In this document: positions 43,685 through 54,457 of the stretch, one piece after another
Numbering within the stretch: position 1 is the first letter of the stretch
Layout of the letters: each line of letters begins with the position of its first letter
Assembly (NCBI GenBank): GCA_963845755.1
Contig: CAWJTV010000042.1
Location: forward strand, 32,001 to 96,000
Reading direction: 5' to 3'
Length of the DNA stretch: 64,000 nt
From: an uncultured Planctomycetota bacterium
Lineage (GTDB): Bacteria; Planctomycetota; Planctomycetia; Isosphaerales; Isosphaeraceae
Translations under genes and position numbers: made by a program
Notes under the pieces: model-generated
The model's input: only the letters and a program-made list of their open reading frames with translations
Told to the model about the DNA's origin: nothing
Database searches by the model: none

Positions 43685-44213
43685 TTTCGCAGCCTGGATC
43701 ACGCTCCGAGGGTCCGCTCGAGGACGTTGAGGACGTCGGACACGGTCTCGAATACTCCTGTAGCTACGCCGTTTTCAGTTGCCGCTCAAACCGGTTCGGT
43801 GTGCCGCTCTTGCGCATCGGTCCGACGACACCGAACCAAGTTGGGATGAAGCCTCCGACGTGCCCGAACCTGGAGCGGCTGAGACGCGATTATGCGACAG
43901 CGCCACGCTCGCCGGCCCTGGGAACCCTGGGGCCTGCGAGGGCGGACTCCACATAATCGGGGACTGGGCATTAGAGGCCCATCATCTCATCAAGCTCGCC
44001 GGGGACGACGCCGACCCCCGCGACGACTTGAAAGCACCGGCACCCGTTTTGCCCTTTCTCCGGATTGGTGCACAATACGCTAGGAGACAGACACGTTTTC
44101 CGCTAACATCCTTATCCAGTAAAGTATTTGGGACACGCGACCGCCCGTTCACCGCAACAACCAAAGGCAGTCCGCCACTACCCGGCGGCGACGTTGAGGG
44201 GGCTCGTCCATCG

Positions 44214-45773
44214 ATGGCTGATATCGTTTTGATCAACCCTCGGTTCGAGATTTCGTACTGGGGGATGGAGCATGCCTTGCCGTTCCTGGGCAAGCGGGCC
44301 AACCTTCCCGTGGCGTGCCTGCCCTTGCTGGCGGCACTGACGCCTTCGGAACACACGGTCACGTTGTTGGACGAGAACGTCGAGCCGATCGACTGGGAGC
44401 GTTGCCAGCGGGCCGACATCGTGGGCCTCACGGGGATGAGCGTGCAGCGGTTCCGCATGAAGGAAATCCTCACCGAGCTGAAACGGCGCGGCTGCTTCTG
44501 CGTGGTGGGCGGCCCGTGGGTGACCGTGCAGGAGGATTATTTCGAGGACCTCGTCGACGCCATCTTCGTCGGCGAGGCCGAGGACACCTGGCCGCGGTTC
44601 CTCGACGAATGGCGGGCGGGCCGGCATGACTTCCGCTACGAGCAGGCCGAGAAGACGGACATGTCCAAGGTCCCCACGCCGCGTTTCGACCTGCTCAAGA
44701 TGAAGTATTACGGCTTCGGGAGCCTACAATTCTCCCGAGGTTGCCCGTTCCAGTGCGAGTTCTGCGACATCATCGTCACCTTTGGCCGGCGCCCGCGGAT
44801 CAAAACGGGAGCCCAGGTGATCGCCGAGCTCGAGGCCATCCACCGGACCAGGATCCCGCTCGTCTTCATCGTGGACGACAACCTGATCGGCAACAAGAAG
44901 GCGATCAAGGAAGTCCTCAAGGACGTCATCGCCTGGCAAGAGCGGCACAACTATCCGCTGACGCTGTTCACCGAGGCATCGATCGACCTGGCCGACGATC
45001 CCGAATTGATCGACCTGATGGTCCAGGCCAACTTCATCGCCACGTTCATCGGCATCGAGAGCCCCGACGAGGAATCGCTCCGCGAGGCCAAGAAGTTCCA
45101 GAACGTCCGCTCGGGGGGGACGTTGCTGGAAAAAGTCCGCCGCATCCAGGAGGCCGGCATGGAGGTCTGGTGCGGCATGATCATGGGGTTCGACCACGAC
45201 GACGAGGGGATCTTCGACCGCCAGATCCGGTTCATCCAGGACTCGCGGATCGCCTTCGCGATGAGCGGCATGCTCGCTGCGATCCCCAAGACGCCGTTGC
45301 ACGACCGGCTCGCCGCAGACGGGCGGCTCGACCGGGCCGACACCTGCGAATACGGCACCAACGTCATCCCACTTCTGATGAGCCGCGAAGAACTGCGCGA
45401 TGGCTACGTTCGCGTGATGAATGAGCTCTACGACCCCGAAACGTACTTCGAACGGACCGAGGCCCTGTTCCTCGAGCCGTCGTTCGACATCGGCATCAAC
45501 AAGAGGCGGTACTGGCTCACCAGGGCCCGCGGGCTGCCTCTCGAGTTCCTCATGACGTTCCAGGGAATCGCCCTGTTCGCCCGGCTGATGACCCGTGTCC
45601 GCGAGGCGCGGCTCCGCCGCGAGTACCGCAAGCGCCTCTGGCGATTCCTGAAGGTCCACCGCCGTCCCGGCCTGACGCTGCTCTACATCTTCCACATGGC
45701 CATGCATTATCATGCCTATCAGTTGGCCAAGCGGGTGGCTAATCCGGAATTGCAGCTCATCAACAGTTACTGA
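44214..45773 (+). CDS. B12-binding radical SAM protein (DUF4070 type)
   Basis: N-terminal cobalamin-binding domain (LLAALTP..DENVE..GGPWVT..GEAE); CxxxCxxC in RGCPFQCEFC; FIVDDNLIGN; FIGIESP. Confidence 0.92.
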   Translation: MADIVLINPRFEISYWGMEHALPFLGKRANLPVACLPLLAALTPSEHTVTLLDENVEPIDWERCQRADIVGLTGMSVQRFRMKEILTELKRRGCFCVVGGPWVTVQEDYFEDLVDAIFVGEAEDTWPRFLDEWRAGRHDFRYEQAEKTDMSKVPTPRFDLLKMKYYGFGSLQFSRGCPFQCEFCDIIVTFGRRPRIKTGAQVIAELEAIHRTRIPLVFIVDDNLIGNKKAIKEVLKDVIAWQERHNYPLTLFTEASIDLADDPELIDLMVQANFIATFIGIESPDEESLREAKKFQNVRSGGTLLEKVRRIQEAGMEVWCGMIMGFDHDDEGIFDRQIRFIQDSRIAFAMSGMLAAIPKTPLHDRLAADGRLDRADTCEYGTNVIPLLMSREELRDGYVRVMNELYDPETYFERTEALFLEPSFDIGINKRRYWLTRARGLPLEFLMTFQGIALFARLMTRVREARLRREYRKRLWRFLKVHRRPGLTLLYIFHMAMHYHAYQLAKRVANPELQLINSY

Positions 45774-46033
45774 CGCACTTCAGCGGTAAGGAAACCGGTC
45801 CCGAACCTTCGACGGCCTCACCGTTGGATCACCCTCGCCTCGGGGTAGACGGCGAGAAGCGGTGGTACGCGGAGTGAAGGGATACACCTCGGGATCATCC
45901 TGCGCCGAAATACGCGGGCCATCATTCGCCCGAAATGCGAGTTTCCTGTGGCCCATGCGGTCCGCATTGCATGAAATGAGAATCGTCCTCATATGCCGAA
46001 TCAGCGGGCGGAAGAACGAGCCGAGGAGGGACC

Positions 46034-48037
46034 ATGATGAGACGGATGCCGGGCTTGTGGGTTGTTGGCATCGGCGCCTGGCTGGGCGCCCAGGCGGATG
46101 CGTCGGAGGTTGGAAAGCTCATCTGCTCCCGGCAGAACGGACCATGGTCGGTGTCGACAACCTGGGAAGGCGGCACGATCCCTGGGCCAAAAGCTCGGGT
46201 TCAAATCCGCTCGGGTCATACCGTCACGTATGATCTCTCATCTGACAAAGCCATTCGCTCTGTCCATGTCGCCGGAACGCTCACCTTCGCCACCGATCGG
46301 AAGACTCGGCTCGACGTGGGTTTGATCAAGATCCAGCCCGGCGATGACGCCTCGGAGGACGGGTTCAACTGCGACGCTCACGTCGGGGAAGCCGCCCCAG
46401 GCGTTACCGCACCGGCGCTGATTGTGGGCAGCGCGGACACCCCCATTGCTGCGGATGTGACAGCCCTGATCCGGCTCGTGGCCTTCGACGGCATGGATCG
46501 CGAGACCTGTCCGGCCCTGGTCTGCTGCGGGGGTCGGATGGAGTTCCATGGGGCGCCGATGAACAGGACCTGGGTGAAGCTCGGCGGCACGGTCCAGCCC
46601 GGCGAGACCACGGTGACCTTGGCCGAGCCTGTCGCCGGATGGCGATTGAACGATCAGGTCATCCTCACCGCGACGCAGAGAGAGGGCCTGAAGCAAGGTA
46701 GACTGGGTAGCGGCGCGGAAGGCCGCCGTTCGTTCACCGAAGAGCGCATCATCACAGCGATCGACGGCATGACGCTCGCGCTCGATCGGCCGGTCACGCA
46801 CGCCCACCTGGGCCAGGGGGATCATCGCGGCGAGATTGCCAACCTGAGCCGCAACGTGATCATCGAATCAGCCGATCCAGCCCGCGGCCGAGGTCACACG
46901 ATGTACCATCGCGGCTCCACGGGCTCGATCTCGTATGCGGAGTTCCGCCATCTCGGCAAGGAAGGAGTGCTGGGCAAGTATAGCCTACATTTCCACATGG
47001 TCGGCGACTCGATGCGGGGCAGTTCGGTCATCGGCGCCTCGATCTGGGACAGCGGCAATCGCTGGATCACGATTCACGGGACCAATTACTTGGTCGTTCG
47101 CGATTGCGTGGGCTATCGCTCGATCGGTCACGGGTTCTACCTTGAGGATGGCAGCGAGTCGTACAACGTCCTGGACCGGAACCTGGCGGTCCAGGCCACC
47201 GCGGGCAAGCCGCTACCGGCGCAGTTCCTGTCCTTCGACCAGAACGACGGGGCGGGGTTCTGGTGGGCAAATAGCCTGAACGCATTCACGCGGAACGTCG
47301 CCGTGGAGTGCGACCGCTACGGCTATCGCTTCGAAGCGTCACCGAGCGAGAATGGCCGGCTGCTCCGACCGGTGCTAGGCCCAGACGGGCGGCGCACCGA
47401 TATCGACATCCGGAAGCTGCCGTTCGTGCGATTCCAGGGCAATGAAGCCCACGCGCAGATCTACGGGATGAACCTGGGAGAAGGCGTCGAGGGGGTCGGC
47501 CCCGACGCTGCCCACCCGTTCTTGATCCGTGAGATGCGTATCTGGGACACATACTGGGCCTTTCGCCCTGGTGCCCCGTCGATCGTCCTGGACGGCATGG
47601 ACGTCTATAGTTCGCGGTATGGTATCTTCACGGCGGGCTACGACCCGCATGTGCGTCCTTTCGGGCGGGCGACATTCAAGGGTGTCCGCAACACCGGCGT
47701 CCTCCTGGCCAGCCCAACGGCCCTCCCCGGTGCAAAGGGTCCCCTGCCGACCGGCGTCGATGACCAGCCGCCTGCCACCGTGATTACCCACGTGATGACG
47801 ACAAGTGATGGCCGGAGGATCGTTCGTGGGACCAGCGTGGACGACGGTCAGGTCCGCCGTGTCGTGGTTAACGGCCGCCAGGCACGCAGCCTGGCAGCCG
47901 ATTTCCTCGAGTGGGAGGCGAGCCTCGATCCCCAGCCGGCAGCGTCCGCGGAAACCATCACGGCATTCGCCGCCGATGCTTCCGGCCACGTGGAGCCGCG
48001 ACCCCATGTCGTCAGCCACCGACAAAACGGCCGCTGA
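46034..48037 (+). CDS. Secreted G8-domain / parallel beta-helix protein (CEMIP/TMEM2/fibrocystin-like)
   Basis: Signal peptide; G8 region WS..STWEGG.IP; EIANLSRNV; LGKYSLHFH; RWITIHGT; GHGFYLEDGSE.YN. Confidence 0.85.
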   Translation: MMRRMPGLWVVGIGAWLGAQADASEVGKLICSRQNGPWSVSTTWEGGTIPGPKARVQIRSGHTVTYDLSSDKAIRSVHVAGTLTFATDRKTRLDVGLIKIQPGDDASEDGFNCDAHVGEAAPGVTAPALIVGSADTPIAADVTALIRLVAFDGMDRETCPALVCCGGRMEFHGAPMNRTWVKLGGTVQPGETTVTLAEPVAGWRLNDQVILTATQREGLKQGRLGSGAEGRRSFTEERIITAIDGMTLALDRPVTHAHLGQGDHRGEIANLSRNVIIESADPARGRGHTMYHRGSTGSISYAEFRHLGKEGVLGKYSLHFHMVGDSMRGSSVIGASIWDSGNRWITIHGTNYLVVRDCVGYRSIGHGFYLEDGSESYNVLDRNLAVQATAGKPLPAQFLSFDQNDGAGFWWANSLNAFTRNVAVECDRYGYRFEASPSENGRLLRPVLGPDGRRTDIDIRKLPFVRFQGNEAHAQIYGMNLGEGVEGVGPDAAHPFLIREMRIWDTYWAFRPGAPSIVLDGMDVYSSRYGIFTAGYDPHVRPFGRATFKGVRNTGVLLASPTALPGAKGPLPTGVDDQPPATVITHVMTTSDGRRIVRGTSVDDGQVRRVVVNGRQARSLAADFLEWEASLDPQPAASAETITAFAADASGHVEPRPHVVSHRQNGR

Positions 48038-48087
48038 TCCACTCCGCCGTAGCATCTCGAAGCGCGAAGGTACGAGTCAGACGCCCC

Positions 48088-49632
48088 TCAGTTTTGGCCG
48101 CAGGCGAAAAGCGTCGCATTATTGATCGCGTACACTTTCCCATCCGGACCGATGACCGTGGGAGTGTACGGCTCGCCAACGCCGTTGCTCAGCGTGATCC
48201 GCGCGGTCAAGCTGTTGCTCGGGAAGTCCCAGCGATAGACGTTCCCATCCTCGCTATTGACAATCGCGCACTTGTTATGCGTATCGATCACCGCCGTGTT
48301 GATGCACCACTCACGCACCGCATTGGGATTGGCCGGATTGCGGTTGTTTGGGTCGGGGGTCGGACCGACGATCGTGAGGATCGGCTTCATGACATTCGCT
48401 CCCGAGATTGGGTCGACCGCACTGCTGTTGGGGTCCTGGACGGCGAGCCGATTCACTCCACTTCCGCCCAACTCAGCGTAATCGTTGTACTTCGTCAGAA
48501 TCAGGTAAGAGGACTTACCTCGATACGAAGGGACCGCGCCGGCCGGGACCATCGAGGCCGTGATGTCCCAACCGAAGGCACCGGGAATTTTGGCGGTTGT
48601 CAGATTGCCGTCGTAATGCAGGAGCCAGCCGCGATCGTGAGTTGACGGGAAGGGATTCTCGAGGACGCCGTAGTAGACGTCGCCGTCAGTCCCAACGGTT
48701 GGCGATGAGGTGGCGTCATCGAAGAAGAGGGCGTCGTTCTGAGGATTGGCCACGTCCTTGAGACGGACTGCGGCCAGGGGGGCCAAGGTCCCGGTGGTGG
48801 CGGCGACCAGGTAACCAACGGCGCCGTTGGTGAAGCCATTGAAATTGTTGACCGCGACATACACCTTCGAGCCGTCCGGGCTGATCGCCGGGGAGCAGTT
48901 GTAGGCGACTTTCTGCATGGTCTGGTCGTTGGCAGCGTTGGCTGCGGAGATCCACGTTCCGTTGCCCTTGAGTGAGACGCATGCCAGCCCGCTCTGAAGG
49001 TTCCCCGGCGCGCCGTTGGCGAGGAAACCGAAGTACAGGTTATTCTTGGAATCGGCGGTGATCGGCGTACAGATCTGGACGGCGGCATTATAACCGGCGG
49101 GATTGCTGTTGTAGTTGTCGATGCCGTAGAAAGCCAACCGGCTCGTTGTTCCCGTGGCCTGGTCGGGTTGGCTGCGCACGATCACGGTCCCGCCGGCCCC
49201 GGGCATCACCACAACAGACCCCGCCAAGGTGACCGGGAACGGAAGGGTCCAATCGTGCGGTGGTTGGACGTAGTCGCTGGCGAGCTGCCAGATGAGTGCA
49301 CCGTTTGTCCCGCTGTGGCCTTCCATGCGGAACGTATCATCCGGTCCAACCTTGACCGGGACGATGATCGTATTGTGCTTGGTAATGATGGGGCTGCCGT
49401 AGTGGGCGTTGAGGTCCACTCCGAAAATCAACGGATTGAGGTCGACCGGAGTTGACCAGAGGATCGTCTGGAGGGCCTGGGATGCGACCGAGCTCGTGGC
49501 GCGGTGGAAAGGACCTCCCGCGTAGGAGGGCCAGTCCTGGGCCGAGGCCAAGTGGGGGCTGCCGATCGAACCGAGAATTCCCGCGGCCAGGAGCGCGGTT
49601 CGAAGTATCGAAGTACGTACTCGCATCGTCAT
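48088..49632 (-). CDS. Secreted hypothetical protein, probable beta-propeller (PQQ-like repeats)
   Basis: Signal peptide ending ASA; WSTPVD; HYGSP; SSPTVGTDGDVYYG; YTPTVIGPDGKVYAIN. Confidence 0.7.
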   Translation of the reverse strand: MTMRVRTSILRTALLAAGILGSIGSPHLASAQDWPSYAGGPFHRATSSVASQALQTILWSTPVDLNPLIFGVDLNAHYGSPIITKHNTIIVPVKVGPDDTFRMEGHSGTNGALIWQLASDYVQPPHDWTLPFPVTLAGSVVVMPGAGGTVIVRSQPDQATGTTSRLAFYGIDNYNSNPAGYNAAVQICTPITADSKNNLYFGFLANGAPGNLQSGLACVSLKGNGTWISAANAANDQTMQKVAYNCSPAISPDGSKVYVAVNNFNGFTNGAVGYLVAATTGTLAPLAAVRLKDVANPQNDALFFDDATSSPTVGTDGDVYYGVLENPFPSTHDRGWLLHYDGNLTTAKIPGAFGWDITASMVPAGAVPSYRGKSSYLILTKYNDYAELGGSGVNRLAVQDPNSSAVDPISGANVMKPILTIVGPTPDPNNRNPANPNAVREWCINTAVIDTHNKCAIVNSEDGNVYRWDFPSNSLTARITLSNGVGEPYTPTVIGPDGKVYAINNATLFACGQN

Positions 49633-49744
49633 AAACTCCTTGGATCGACGTCGTGAGAGTGTACCGGGCCAGAGAATGGTGGCGCCGAGTGCCCGCGATT
49701 GGTTCGCTGACCGCTCGGCGCGAAGGATCAGATCGGGGAACAGG

Positions 49745-52700
49745 TCAGACCGAGGCCTGCGACGGCTTCGATCGCGTGTGAGCGACCTCGGCGGCCAGGA
49801 CTATGAGCGCGGTCTCGTCGACATTCGAAGTGAGCGGATCCGCAAGCGCACTGTCGACGCTCGAGATGGCTGTCGAATGGGTCGGCGGGCTCACGGCCGC
49901 TGGCGTGGACAGCGTGAGCGCGATATCCTGAGAGAATTCCGAAGTATTGCCGTTCGGATCGGTCGCCGTCGCGCTCACGAACAGACCGGGGGAGAATGCG
50001 ACCTTGAACGTGGCCTTGAAGGTCGTATTCCCACTGGAGTCGGTCTTTACACTGATCGAGCCGAGGAAGATCTGCCCCTGGCCGAATCCAGACGAATCGG
50101 CCGTCGGGTTGGCAAAGAATTGGATGGTGAAGGTCTCTGAGGCGGCAGCATTGAGCGAGCCGTTGATCACGGTGCTCGGCGACGAGCTCACGGCCGAGGT
50201 CAGGACGGGAAAGTTCTCGAAGCCGTTTGGCCCAGGGATCAATCCCCCTGTGTGGTTCGGCGTCACTCCATCGCCGCCCAGGTCGATCCCCAGCTTGGCG
50301 TTCGAGTAGATCAGGTTGGAAAGGATCGAGTTGCCGACATTGTTGGTCGAGAACGGATCCAGAACATCAACTCCCACGCCGCTATTGAACTCGATCACAT
50401 TGCCAGCGCCCTTTGCGGTCCCGCCGATCGTGTTGTCGGCAGACTGGAAGCCGTTGACGACCACTCCGTCCCCGGTGTTGCCCAAGGCATTGGCACCCGT
50501 TTGGTCGGTGCCGATGAAATTGCCCTGCACGAGGTTGCCGCTGGAGAGAAGCGCGATACCGCCCTGGGCGTTGCTCGAGATCATGTTCCGTGACCCAGCC
50601 GTCCGGCCACCGATCGTAATGCCGCTCGCGAAGACCTCGACGCCATCGATACTGTTCCCCAGAGCCGTCGTGCCCGTCGCGTCGGTGCCGATCAGGTTCC
50701 CCTGGACCAGGACGCCGCTTACGGGCGAGAAGAGCGCGATCCCGTACGACGAGTTGCCAGAAATGACGTTACCGGCGCCCGAATTGGCGCCACCAATCGT
50801 CGCGTTGGCGCCCCCCTCGAGATCGACGCCGTTGCCTCCGTTGGCCAGTGCAACCTCGCCGGTCTCGTCGGTACCGATCAGGTTCCCCTGGATGACCAGG
50901 TCATTCGGTCCTAGACCCGTACTGAAATCCTCGACGCTCAGGATGGCATCGATGGTATTGCCGGAGATAACGTTGCCGGCGCCGGCGGTCCGGCCTCCGA
51001 TCGAGGTCGAAGGAGCATTCTCCAGAACGATCCCATAGAAGTTGCCCAGAGCCTCGAGGCCAGTGGCATCGGTCCCGATGTAGTCGCCTTGCACTCGGTT
51101 GGCGGTCGAGCCGTTGCCGATCTCGATCCCCTCGCCGAAGTCGTTTCCCGAGATCACGTCTCGATCAGCCGGCTTCGTGCCGCCAATCACGTTGTTCCCG
51201 GCGTTCTGAACCATGACCCCGAGGTCATTTCCCTCGAAGGGCATGGTGCCCGTCGAGTCGGTTCCGATGAAGTCGCCGCTAATGACGTCGCCCCCTCCGC
51301 CGGTGAGGTTGACCGCCTCGTCGAAATCTGTGAATGAGAGCCCTTCCACCGTGCTGCCGCCGGCGTCGATCGTCAGCCCGTTGGAAAATCCGGATAGTGA
51401 ACCACTGAGCTGGATGAGGATCACGGCGTTGTCACCCTGGCTCAACGTGTTCGCGCTGGCGCCTGGCTGAGTGTAGCCGTTAATGACCGTCGGGTGGGTG
51501 ATCGTCGGCAGGACTGACAGGGGGGAGATGATAAACGGGCCTGTGCCCGGGATGTTGAACTTGATCGTATCTGGGGGGGTGCTGTTGGATTGGTTCGCAA
51601 AGAGAATTGCCTGCCTGAGCGATCCAGGCCCGCTATCGTTGGTGTTGGTTACGAAGAAGGTCTTGGGACGAACCTGGATCGTCACGGTGGCGATATTCGA
51701 CGTCTGCCCCGCGACAACGTCCTCGTACGTGAAAGAATCCGTGCCGGTAAATCCGGTCTTTGGCTGATAGGTGAACGAGCCATCGGCGTTTAATGTCACA
51801 CTGCCGTGCGTCGCATTCGTAACGAGGACCGAAGTCATCGAGGCACCGCCAAGGACAACGTCATTGATCTGAACGCCAGGGGCGGCGACGTTGAGCGTGG
51901 TATTGATGTCGGTGAGGTAGGTGTCGTTGAGTGCCGCAAGGGGGGGATTGGCCAGGAACTGCGGGACATCCTGGGCAAACTCGGACGTGTTGCCCGAGGG
52001 ATCGGTCGCGGTGGCGCTGGCGAACTGAACCCCAGCGGGCACGAACGGGAAGGTAAACTGGAAGGCCGCATTGCCGCTGGCGTCTGTCGTTATTGCGGTC
52101 GTGCCCAGCAGGAACTGTCCCTGGCCGAATCCGGAGGGATCGGCCGTGGTATTCCCGAAGAACTGGACCGTGTACGTCGTGCTGGGTGAGGCGGCGAGTG
52201 TACCCTTGATCGCCGCGGTTGTGCCGAAGTTCACGAAATCCAGCAACCCGGGGTAGGGTTGGTCGTTGTTCGGGGCGCCGATGACTCCACCGGGGGTATT
52301 CGGAGTCACCCCATCGGCGCCCAGGTCGATCCCGAGCTCGCCGTTGGCAAAGATCGAGTTCGACAGGATCGCGTTACCGGTTGATGAATCGAATGAGGAC
52401 TCTCCGATCTTGACTCCGATGTTGCTGTTGAAAGCGATGATGTTCCCCGCACCGGCGCCCGTGCCTCCGATGGTGTTGTTCGTCGCCGATAGGTCGCTGG
52501 CAAAACCAAAGGTTGCGCTGACGCCATTGATCCCATTACCCAGCGGTCGGATCCCCGAAGCGTCGGTGCCGACGAAATTGCCCTGGACGACATTGGAGCT
52601 CGCGCCATCCAGGAACACGCCGTCACCCAGATTGCCCGAGATGACATTGCCAGCCCCGGGGAGCGGACCACCCACTGTGACCCCGTTTCCCTGAATGTGG

Positions 52701-53851
52701 ACACCGTGGCCCTGATTCGGCATTGCGACCGAGCCAGTGACATCGGTACCGATCAAGTTCCCCAGGATGGCGTTGCCGCTGCCAATCTCCGGGTTGACCA
52801 GGATCCCATCGCTCAGATTGCCCGAGATCAGGTTGCCGGCTCCCGGGGTAGGTCCACCGATCGTGTTGTCTGCCGCGTTGCTGAAACCGATGAACACGCC
52901 CACCCCGTCGTTGCCGAGCGCAATGGTCCCCGTGGGGTCGGTGCCGATGCGATTGCCCTCCACAACGATGCCGTTCGACGAATCGATCACAACGCCGTCG
53001 AACGTCTGGCCGCCAATCACGTTACCGGCCCCCGCCACAGTCCCTCCAACCGTGTTGCTCGGGGCTAAGGACAGGCTCACGCCATTGCCGTCGGTCGGCA
53101 GAGTCGCGTTGCCGGCGGCGGTCAATCCGACCCAGTTCCCTGCGACCACGTTACCCGATGAGCCATTGATCAGGTAGATATTCTGATTCGTATTACCTGA
53201 TACAATGTTTCGCGCGGCCGGTGTCGTGCCGCCGACCGTATCGCCATTCGATCCATCGACGAGCACGCCCGAGTCCTGGTTCGGCAAAGCGGTCGTACCG
53301 GTCGGATCGGTGCCGAGGAAGTTCCCCGAGATGACGTCGTTGCTCCCGACCGTCAAGCGAATCCCTTCCTGTGCGAACTGGTTGATCGCCAGACCTTGGA
53401 CCGTGCTGCGATTGGCTGTGATGGTCAGGCCGCTGGAAAAGCCCGCGCTGGATCCGCTTAGCTCGATGAGGATGATGGCGTTATCGCCGGTGGTGAGCGT
53501 GTTGGGGCTGGCGCCGGGCTGGCTGGAGCCGTCGATCAGGACGCGATGGGTGATCGTCGGCAGCGCCGAGGTCGGCGCGATCACAAAGGGACCGGTCCCC
53601 GTGATGTCGAAGTCAATGGTATCGAGGCCTTTCGCCTTGTCGGCGTTCACCTGGTTGATCGCCCAGCGCAATGAGCCGAGATTGCCGTCGTCGAGGACGT
53701 CCGTCACCGTAAAAGTGGACAGGAGGACCCGCTCCTCCAGCCGCTCGACCCGCCGAGGACGGGCCGCACGTTTCTGGCGCGTCCTCAGCCGCGCGCGGCC
53801 GAGATGAATCCGGTTGGCGGTCCGCAAGAGACTCCCCAGCGTCGTGGACAT
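49745..53851 (-). CDS. Large extracellular beta-helix repeat protein with planctomycete extracellular leader and an Ig/cadherin-like spacer
   Basis: RPRRVERLEERVLLS leader; two GSLR.AI modules; many GN.IGTD.TG..ALGN / GNVISGN repeats; SATATDP.GNTSEF twice; LNADGSFTY.P..GFTGTDSFTY. Confidence 0.88.
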   Translation of the reverse strand: MSTTLGSLLRTANRIHLGRARLRTRQKRAARPRRVERLEERVLLSTFTVTDVLDDGNLGSLRWAINQVNADKAKGLDTIDFDITGTGPFVIAPTSALPTITHRVLIDGSSQPGASPNTLTTGDNAIILIELSGSSAGFSSGLTITANRSTVQGLAINQFAQEGIRLTVGSNDVISGNFLGTDPTGTTALPNQDSGVLVDGSNGDTVGGTTPAARNIVSGNTNQNIYLINGSSGNVVAGNWVGLTAAGNATLPTDGNGVSLSLAPSNTVGGTVAGAGNVIGGQTFDGVVIDSSNGIVVEGNRIGTDPTGTIALGNDGVGVFIGFSNAADNTIGGPTPGAGNLISGNLSDGILVNPEIGSGNAILGNLIGTDVTGSVAMPNQGHGVHIQGNGVTVGGPLPGAGNVISGNLGDGVFLDGASSNVVQGNFVGTDASGIRPLGNGINGVSATFGFASDLSATNNTIGGTGAGAGNIIAFNSNIGVKIGESSFDSSTGNAILSNSIFANGELGIDLGADGVTPNTPGGVIGAPNNDQPYPGLLDFVNFGTTAAIKGTLAASPSTTYTVQFFGNTTADPSGFGQGQFLLGTTAITTDASGNAAFQFTFPFVPAGVQFASATATDPSGNTSEFAQDVPQFLANPPLAALNDTYLTDINTTLNVAAPGVQINDVVLGGASMTSVLVTNATHGSVTLNADGSFTYQPKTGFTGTDSFTYEDVVAGQTSNIATVTIQVRPKTFFVTNTNDSGPGSLRQAILFANQSNSTPPDTIKFNIPGTGPFIISPLSVLPTITHPTVINGYTQPGASANTLSQGDNAVILIQLSGSLSGFSNGLTIDAGGSTVEGLSFTDFDEAVNLTGGGGDVISGDFIGTDSTGTMPFEGNDLGVMVQNAGNNVIGGTKPADRDVISGNDFGEGIEIGNGSTANRVQGDYIGTDATGLEALGNFYGIVLENAPSTSIGGRTAGAGNVISGNTIDAILSVEDFSTGLGPNDLVIQGNLIGTDETGEVALANGGNGVDLEGGANATIGGANSGAGNVISGNSSYGIALFSPVSGVLVQGNLIGTDATGTTALGNSIDGVEVFASGITIGGRTAGSRNMISSNAQGGIALLSSGNLVQGNFIGTDQTGANALGNTGDGVVVNGFQSADNTIGGTAKGAGNVIEFNSGVGVDVLDPFSTNNVGNSILSNLIYSNAKLGIDLGGDGVTPNHTGGLIPGPNGFENFPVLTSAVSSSPSTVINGSLNAAASETFTIQFFANPTADSSGFGQGQIFLGSISVKTDSSGNTTFKATFKVAFSPGLFVSATATDPNGNTSEFSQDIALTLSTPAAVSPPTHSTAISSVDSALADPLTSNVDETALIVLAAEVAHTRSKPSQASV

Positions 53852-54457
53852 CCTCAAGACCTCCCTAGGTGCCTATGTCGTCTCCAACCTCCAACGACTC
53901 GTGAACGTATCACCCGTAGGTGTCAATCGTGATCCGTCTCGCAGACCCTGGCGATGGCCGCCGCGATCGGTACGGTCTCTCCGCGCTCGACGCGCAGGAA
54001 TTCCTTACGATCGCGAAGGCATGTACTAATCATGGTCTTGTAAATCTATAAATTTTGTATGAATTTGGATTCCGAGTCGATGACGACACCCCAGGCATCC
54101 AACCGCCGATTTCGTGGGCTGAGGCCTGGTCACGCGTCACCGAGGTCGTGCTCGCGCTGGAAAACCTTGGACCGGCTTCTTAGAAGTGCATCGGATTCAG
54201 AGAATCGTTAAAAAACCTATGTGAAGACTGATTTGTTTTTGCTGTATGCATGTTGCAATGCCGTTGTAGACCGGAAGTATGGTGTCCAGTTGGGAGTGCT
54301 TCCCTGGCCCGGAGTCGGTGCATGCGTATTGTGTCCATTCGATCCTCGAGCAGCATGCAAGACATCATGGACCGTCCCGGTCTCGCAGCGCGCGAAGTCC
54401 GATTCTTCATCAGTCACGGGTCGCGGCAGATTGCGCCGGGGACACCAAATTTTTTTC

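Noticed and set aside
43684..44213. Cobalamin riboswitch or N-terminal extension upstream of the radical SAM gene
   Set aside because: No B12-box or conserved core seen. The 145-codon extension in the ORF track has no domain-like content, and the family-like sequence starts at 44214.
54030..54457. Lower-GC non-coding stretch as an ncRNA or small gene
   Set aside because: No convincing structure or ORF. It is more simply the upstream regulatory region of the 49745..53851 gene.
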